DNA from: an uncultured virus (IMG/VR IMGVR_UViG_3300028590_000001) | Taxonomy: Duplodnaviria; Heunggongvirae; Uroviricota; Caudoviricetes | DNA: 20,000 nt | Strand: one strand, 5' to 3' | IMG/VR virus record: IMGVR_UViG_3300028590_000001 | Shown: positions 15,636 through 20,000 of the stretch, one piece after another | Numbering within the stretch: position 1 is the stretch's first letter | Layout: each line of letters opens with the position of its first letter | Program-made: the position numbers and the translations under genes | The notes under the pieces: generated by a model | Databases searched by the model: none | What the model was told of the DNA's origin: nothing | The model's input: only the letters and a program-made list of their open reading frames with translations

Positions 15636-15998
15636 TTATGCACAGCGGGACAGGTGCCCGGCGCGCCACGGCCGCCACAGCAGCGGGTCACCGCTGTCGT
15701 AGTTGACGTCCAGGGTGATCAGCGCGCCGCGCGGAATCTGCTCGGTCTCGGCCGCCGTCAGGACGTAGCGCAGCCACGCACCGTCGACAACGCCGGGGAT
15801 CAGCATCTCGGTGCCGGTGCCCCAGCTGATGCGCATCCGCGTTACGGTGCCTGCGGGCCACGCCACCGGGGACTTCGTGATGCTGTCCACCTGCTGGACT
15901 TCGCCCTCGAAGATGAAGCCCGCCGACATGCAGATGGACAGCGGCGCGGGGCAGCCGTTCATGTGGACGACGCCACAGGTGCATGTCGGGCTGGTCAT
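15636..15998 (-). CDS. Hypothetical beta-rich protein, last gene of the tail region
   Basis: 120-aa ORF; TAGCGT -10-like box 6 nt upstream of the ATG, no SD. Confidence 0.7.
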   Translation of the reverse strand: MTSPTCTCGVVHMNGCPAPLSICMSAGFIFEGEVQQVDSITKSPVAWPAGTVTRMRISWGTGTEMLIPGVVDGAWLRYVLTAAETEQIPRGALITLDVNYDSGDPLLWRPWRAGHLSRCA

Positions 15999-16031
15999 GG
16001 GTCCACGCTACCGCCGGTCAGTGCACGGAAA

Positions 16032-16313
16032 TCAGTGCATACCGCCCGCCATCGCGGCGAACGCCGCGAAGCTGTCCTCGGTGTCCTCGGGCTTGAACTC
16101 CTTGGCCATATCCTCCGGCTCCGGCTTGTACAGCTCGAAGTAGAACCGCTGCACGGCGTTCGGTCCTTCCTCAGCCTTGCTCTCCACAGCCATGGTCTCC
16201 ACGATGTCCAGCAGCGCGTGCATCGTGGGGAAGTGCCGCAGCGGATCGCCGATGCCGCCCTGCGCCAGCTTGGCCCGGATGATCCGCCACGAGTAGGCGG
16301 TCGCGTTCACCAA
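16032..16313 (-). CDS. Downstream ORF of a -1 frameshift pair (tail assembly chaperone GT-like C-terminal part)
   Basis: Weak TTG start with no obvious SD; the frame stays open back through the slippery heptamer at 16328-16334. Confidence 0.65.
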   Translation of the reverse strand: MVNATAYSWRIIRAKLAQGGIGDPLRHFPTMHALLDIVETMAVESKAEEGPNAVQRFYFELYKPEPEDMAKEFKPEDTEDSFAAFAAMAGGMH

Positions 16314-16777
16314 ACCAGCGACGGCCAGAAAGGGCGGGCCGTCCCGACTGTCACGATCCCCTTGACGAGGTCGTGGAACTCCTCCGTGCCGAAGCGGCCG
16401 TCGTCAGGGTCTGCCATGGCCATCAGTGCCACGGCGAGGTCGTCGGGGTGCGTGTAGCGCGCCACCAGGTCCATGAGGGTGCCGGTGGAGATGCGCTCGG
16501 ACTTCTGGTGCTGGGACCACGCCATACTCAGCACGTGGATGGCCTCGGGCTGTGGGCTGCGTACCCGGAAATGGAAGTCACCCACGTGAACGGACTTCCA
16601 GCCGTGCGGCTCGGTGTCGGCGGCGAGGTCATCGTGGGCGGGCGGCGGCTGGAACGGGGATACGAACGTCGGCTCACTGTTCGCGCCCCCACCCACACCC
16701 GGATGGGGCACCGCACGGCTGGCACCGCCCACGTTCCGCGCGGGCCGGTGCATCGGAATCTTTCGTGGTCCTGCCAT
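16307..16777 (-). CDS. Upstream ORF of the frameshift pair (putative tail assembly chaperone G-like)
   Basis: 156 aa, ending GTARPF at C CCT TTC; TAGGCT -10-like box 7 nt upstream of the ATG. Confidence 0.65.
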   Translation of the reverse strand: MAGPRKIPMHRPARNVGGASRAVPHPGVGGGANSEPTFVSPFQPPPAHDDLAADTEPHGWKSVHVGDFHFRVRSPQPEAIHVLSMAWSQHQKSERISTGTLMDLVARYTHPDDLAVALMAMADPDDGRFGTEEFHDLVKGIVTVGTARPFWPSLVW

Positions 16778-16798
16778 AACACCTAGCCTACGTGTTTT

Positions 16799-17410
16799 CT
16801 AGATGACGGGGTATGCGTACATGTCCAGCCGCGTGGCCCCGCTGCGAATGGACAGCTCCGTCTCGTTGTCGCCCTGGTAGTAGCTGGCCGTCTCCCAGAA
16901 GGCGCTGTCACTGCGGAGGCGGATGGCCACCTTATATGTCTGTCCCGGCGGCACCACCACCACGTTTCCGATCAGCGTGCTGCGCTGGCCGTCCCGGTTC
17001 TCGAACGGTGCGAAGCCGATCAGACCGCCGCCGTTGTTGTCGCCCAGGTCTCCCCCCGCACCGAACACCGAAATCAGCGTGCTGGCCGCCGGGTCCGCCG
17101 GTGCCACGCCGAGCGCACTGCCGAAGTACTGCTGGAGCTGCGGCCGGTTACGGCAGCTGGCGGCTGTACGACTGCCGCCGCGCGTGCACATGGCGTAGAC
17201 GTTGTGGCTGATCGGGTCCGGGTTGGTCCAGCTGACGCGCACCGTGTACAGGTCTTCGGCCTGACCGCTGCCGCCGTTGGGGTCGTAGTCGCGGTCGATG
17301 GACGCCGCCTCGTTCGTGGCCACGTGCCGCCACTGCATGTAGGGCTGCGGGGTGATCGCCCCGTTGGCGTCGATCTGGAAGTGCAGTTCGTTGATGCAGG
17401 GGTACGTCAT
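16799..17410 (-). CDS. Minor tail protein (paralog 3)
   Basis: Start MTYPCINE at a TGATG overlap with GGAG RBS; shares motifs with the two upstream genes. Confidence 0.75.
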   Translation of the reverse strand: MTYPCINELHFQIDANGAITPQPYMQWRHVATNEAASIDRDYDPNGGSGQAEDLYTVRVSWTNPDPISHNVYAMCTRGGSRTAASCRNRPQLQQYFGSALGVAPADPAASTLISVFGAGGDLGDNNGGGLIGFAPFENRDGQRSTLIGNVVVVPPGQTYKVAIRLRSDSAFWETASYYQGDNETELSIRSGATRLDMYAYPVI

Positions 17411-18000
17411 CAGATCACTCCTGCCACCCATGGAGCGGTGAACAGCCGCAGCCGGGTCCACCGCGCGGCGGCTTCGTGACGGGGCTGCACGGGCGTGCGC
17501 CATTCACCCGGCGTGCTGAACAGGCAGCGGTACCGGAAATGGAGGCTGTCGCCGGGGTCCACCGCGCCGACGTGGACGTAGCTCAGGTAGTCCGGGAAGT
17601 CCCGGAAGATGCGCGAGAAGATGAGCGGCTGGTAACTGCGCCGCGTCTTGATTCGCGCGCCGACACCGTTGTCCGTGCCGAAGGGGATCGGCGCAGCGGG
17701 CGACTCCCCGATGTCGAAGGTCCACGCGTCATCGAGCACCAAGGTGTTCGGCGAGCTGGACAGCAGAAACCGGCTGGCCCGGTGCACGCTCACCATGGTG
17801 TGCACGGTCTCGTTGCCGACGTTCGTCCACAGAATCTCGGAGTCGATGAACGGGACCTGGTCCGGCGCGCGGTCCACCGTGCCGTCCCGGCCGGACACGG
17901 CCATACGTTCGGTGACCATGGTGGGTAGCCAGTTCTGCGCGAACCCTGTCCCCGTCGCATCGGAGATCATGAATTCCGCGACACACACCTTGAGCGACAT
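17410..18000 (-). CDS. Minor tail protein (paralog 2)
   Basis: Start MSLKVCVAE at a TGATG overlap with GGAGG RBS. Confidence 0.75.
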   Translation of the reverse strand: MSLKVCVAEFMISDATGTGFAQNWLPTMVTERMAVSGRDGTVDRAPDQVPFIDSEILWTNVGNETVHTMVSVHRASRFLLSSSPNTLVLDDAWTFDIGESPAAPIPFGTDNGVGARIKTRRSYQPLIFSRIFRDFPDYLSYVHVGAVDPGDSLHFRYRCLFSTPGEWRTPVQPRHEAAARWTRLRLFTAPWVAGVI

Positions 18001-18626
18001 CAGCCCACCACCTCCGTGTCCTGCGACGGGAACGCCCACACCTGAATGCGGGTGTTGCGGATCGTCGCACTGTGCTGCGGACTGTTGCCGTTGGCGTTGT
18101 TGCTCCACGGCGGCGGCGTCCACAGGTACGCGCGGTACCAGTACTTGAACACCGCGCCCGGCTGGAGCATGTCCGGGCCGATCCAGTCTTCGATCATGTG
18201 CGCGTCGTCGTAGACCCAGAACCGGCCGATGAACGGCGTACCCGCATAGTTCGAGGACAGGTCGATCGCTGCGCCCGTCTGTCCCTGGAACACCGAACTG
18301 GTCTCGGGCACGCGCGGGTCGGTGCCGTTCTGGGTGAAGGTGTACCGGTCCCTGATCTGTGCGCTGTTCGGGTTGCTGACCAGCAAGTCCCGGTGTGCCC
18401 GCTGGATGCGCAGCAGCACGCGGCACGGCAGCGGGCTGTCGCTCGTCCAGGACTGGATGCCGCTGTCGATCATCAGCTTGCCGGGCAGCGTGGTCAGCTG
18501 GGTGAAGCTGCCGTCGCCGGTGGAGTTGAACGTCAGATCGGACACCATGCGCGGTATCGACCACGGGGCCATCGAAAGGTCACCGCCGACGATATCGGTA
18601 TTCCGTGTCACACATACTTCGGCCAT
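18000..18626 (-). CDS. Minor tail protein (paralog 1)
   Basis: Start MAEVCVTRN at a TGATG overlap. Confidence 0.75.
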   Translation of the reverse strand: MAEVCVTRNTDIVGGDLSMAPWSIPRMVSDLTFNSTGDGSFTQLTTLPGKLMIDSGIQSWTSDSPLPCRVLLRIQRAHRDLLVSNPNSAQIRDRYTFTQNGTDPRVPETSSVFQGQTGAAIDLSSNYAGTPFIGRFWVYDDAHMIEDWIGPDMLQPGAVFKYWYRAYLWTPPPWSNNANGNSPQHSATIRNTRIQVWAFPSQDTEVVG

Positions 18627-19285
18627 CAGCCCACCGCCTGCCGTGTCAGAGAGAGGGACGTGAACACTGTGGGGTCCGCGCCGCTGGGGCCGAAATCGAA
18701 GGTGCCCGAACCCGCCACGTACGCCGCTGCGCTGATCAGCTGTCCGGCGGTCAGCGCGTAGGTGTTGCTGATGTAGAACGTGTTGTAGACGTTGACTTCG
18801 TAGTTGGCTTCCGTCGCTTCGCGGACCACGCCGTCGATCATGAGGATGGCTTTGTTGACCACGTCCGACGAGTTCAGGAACACCAGGTTGTAGATGATCA
18901 GGTACACGCCGTCCTGCGGAATCACGATGTCCGTGGCCACCGGCGTGAAGCCCCAGTCGCCCGTCGCGTAGGCCACGGTGTCCCACTGCACCAGGTGCGC
19001 TGCGCCGCGCGACTCCGACTGGACGGCCTGCCGTTCCAGCTTGAGATGCGGCTGATCGTCGGTGTCGGTCACCTCGTCGGGCTCCTCACTGGCTGCGGGC
19101 TTCACGGCCAGGATCACGGAGCCGCCGTCCACGTGGCCCGCGATCAGATTCCCGGTGCCCTCCTGCGTGGACAGCGTCCATTCCCCGATGCGTACAGCCG
19201 TCGCGTTGTCGTGTTCGTTCAGGCGCTTCTCGGTGCGGCGCGCCCATTCCATGTTGTTGCGCGGCGGCTTAGGGATGGCGCTCAT
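18626..19285 (-). CDS. Minor tail protein with a C-terminal C1q/TNF-like beta-sandwich
   Basis: IVIPQDGVYLIIYNL...LTAGQLISAAAY...TSLSLTR; ATGA overlap, GGAGG RBS. Confidence 0.7.
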   Translation of the reverse strand: MSAIPKPPRNNMEWARRTEKRLNEHDNATAVRIGEWTLSTQEGTGNLIAGHVDGGSVILAVKPAASEEPDEVTDTDDQPHLKLERQAVQSESRGAAHLVQWDTVAYATGDWGFTPVATDIVIPQDGVYLIIYNLVFLNSSDVVNKAILMIDGVVREATEANYEVNVYNTFYISNTYALTAGQLISAAAYVAGSGTFDFGPSGADPTVFTSLSLTRQAVG

Positions 19286-19998
19286 GCGTTCGATCCTCCC
19301 ACCAACCGTGCGATTTCACCTTGCTGACCCAACGCTACGAGCGTGACCTGCACGTCGAACCTGTCCGGGCTGCCGGTGACGGTCAACTGGTCCAGGCGCA
19401 TCAGTTCGCTGGTGGTCTTGGAATGCACCACGAACACCTTGCCGGGCATCAGGTCATCGAAGCTGACCGGCGCGGTGGGGTTCAGCGCGGCCTGCGGCGG
19501 AACGTAGATTTCGTCGCGGATACGTGAGCTGTCCTTGGCGTACGCCAGCACGGCGCGCTGAATGTTGGAGGCACCGAAGAGGTCCGGCATGGACACCAGC
19601 GTCTGGAGGTGCAGCCCGGCCAGGTCCGCGATGGCCGTCTGTGCCCAGTTCTGCCCCTGCACCCGCACATCGTTGAACGTCTGGCTGCCGTCGCGTCGCC
19701 GTTCCAGCTTGACCATGAAATCGCATTCCGCCAGCTCTGCCACGGGGGCGGTGCTGAACTCGCCCAGTACCGGCCGCCCGGCCACCACGGTCCACTCCAG
19801 TCCGACCTTGACCAATTCGTCCATCAGCTGATGCAGCATCTTGCTGTCCGACTTCGCGGACAGGGTGAACGTCGCATCCGCGATGCCCGGCAGAACGTAC
19901 GGCTTCACGCGGATGCCGTGCAGGCTGAACATCGCAGCCCACAGCGTCTCCGCGATGCGCGCCGGTGCGGTCTCCACCCAGCTGCGCGTCACCGGCAC
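19282..19998 (-). CDS. Minor tail protein, 3' part (starts beyond the window)
   Basis: Frame open to the window edge; RRRDGSQTFNDVRVQG and DLMPG motifs resemble siphovirus tail-hub proteins. Confidence 0.7.
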   Translation of the reverse strand: MPVTRSWVETAPARIAETLWAAMFSLHGIRVKPYVLPGIADATFTLSAKSDSKMLHQLMDELVKVGLEWTVVAGRPVLGEFSTAPVAELAECDFMVKLERRRDGSQTFNDVRVQGQNWAQTAIADLAGLHLQTLVSMPDLFGASNIQRAVLAYAKDSSRIRDEIYVPPQAALNPTAPVSFDDLMPGKVFVVHSKTTSELMRLDQLTVTGSPDRFDVQVTLVALGQQGEIARLVGGSNA

Positions 19999-20000
19999 GC

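Noticed and set aside
16024..16037. Sixth operator-like site CACGGAAATCAGTG
   Set aside because: The spacer is one base longer, one half-site is mismatched and it is not positioned 1 nt from a -10 box; not counted.

Overview
This is a GC-rich actinobacteriophage genome segment. Its gene content and order resemble cluster B-like mycobacteriophage siphoviruses (inferred, not database-checked). The + strand (1-11968) carries a translationally coupled replication/recombination arm: family A DNA polymerase, a double-HTH protein, a primase-polymerase/AAA helicase fusion, a ParB/DGQHR-like protein, an SF2 helicase, several small Cys/His-rich proteins, a lipoprotein, a PD-(D/E)XK exonuclease, a putative SSB and a RuvC-like resolvase. 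A - strand lysis cassette (amidase lysin A plus holin, no lysin B here) is embedded at 12075-13198. Small + strand genes follow, ending in a DUF6011-like protein and an HTH protein, then the end of the - strand tail operon. The most notable signals are regulatory. (1) Five SigA-like promoters share a CACG-N5-CGTG palindrome fixed 1 nt upstream of the -10 box. (2) One of these promoters has no credible downstream gene and would make a ~75-nt terminated RNA whose UCCUUUCUGGUGGUG core is complementary to the CACCACC...GAGAGGA ribosome-binding leaders of genes behind the other promoters, a candidate anti-Shine-Dalgarno sRNA circuit. (3) A C CCT TTC -1 frameshift site joins two ORFs downstream of the minor tail genes. 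(4) Lysin A has a strong internal in-frame start.
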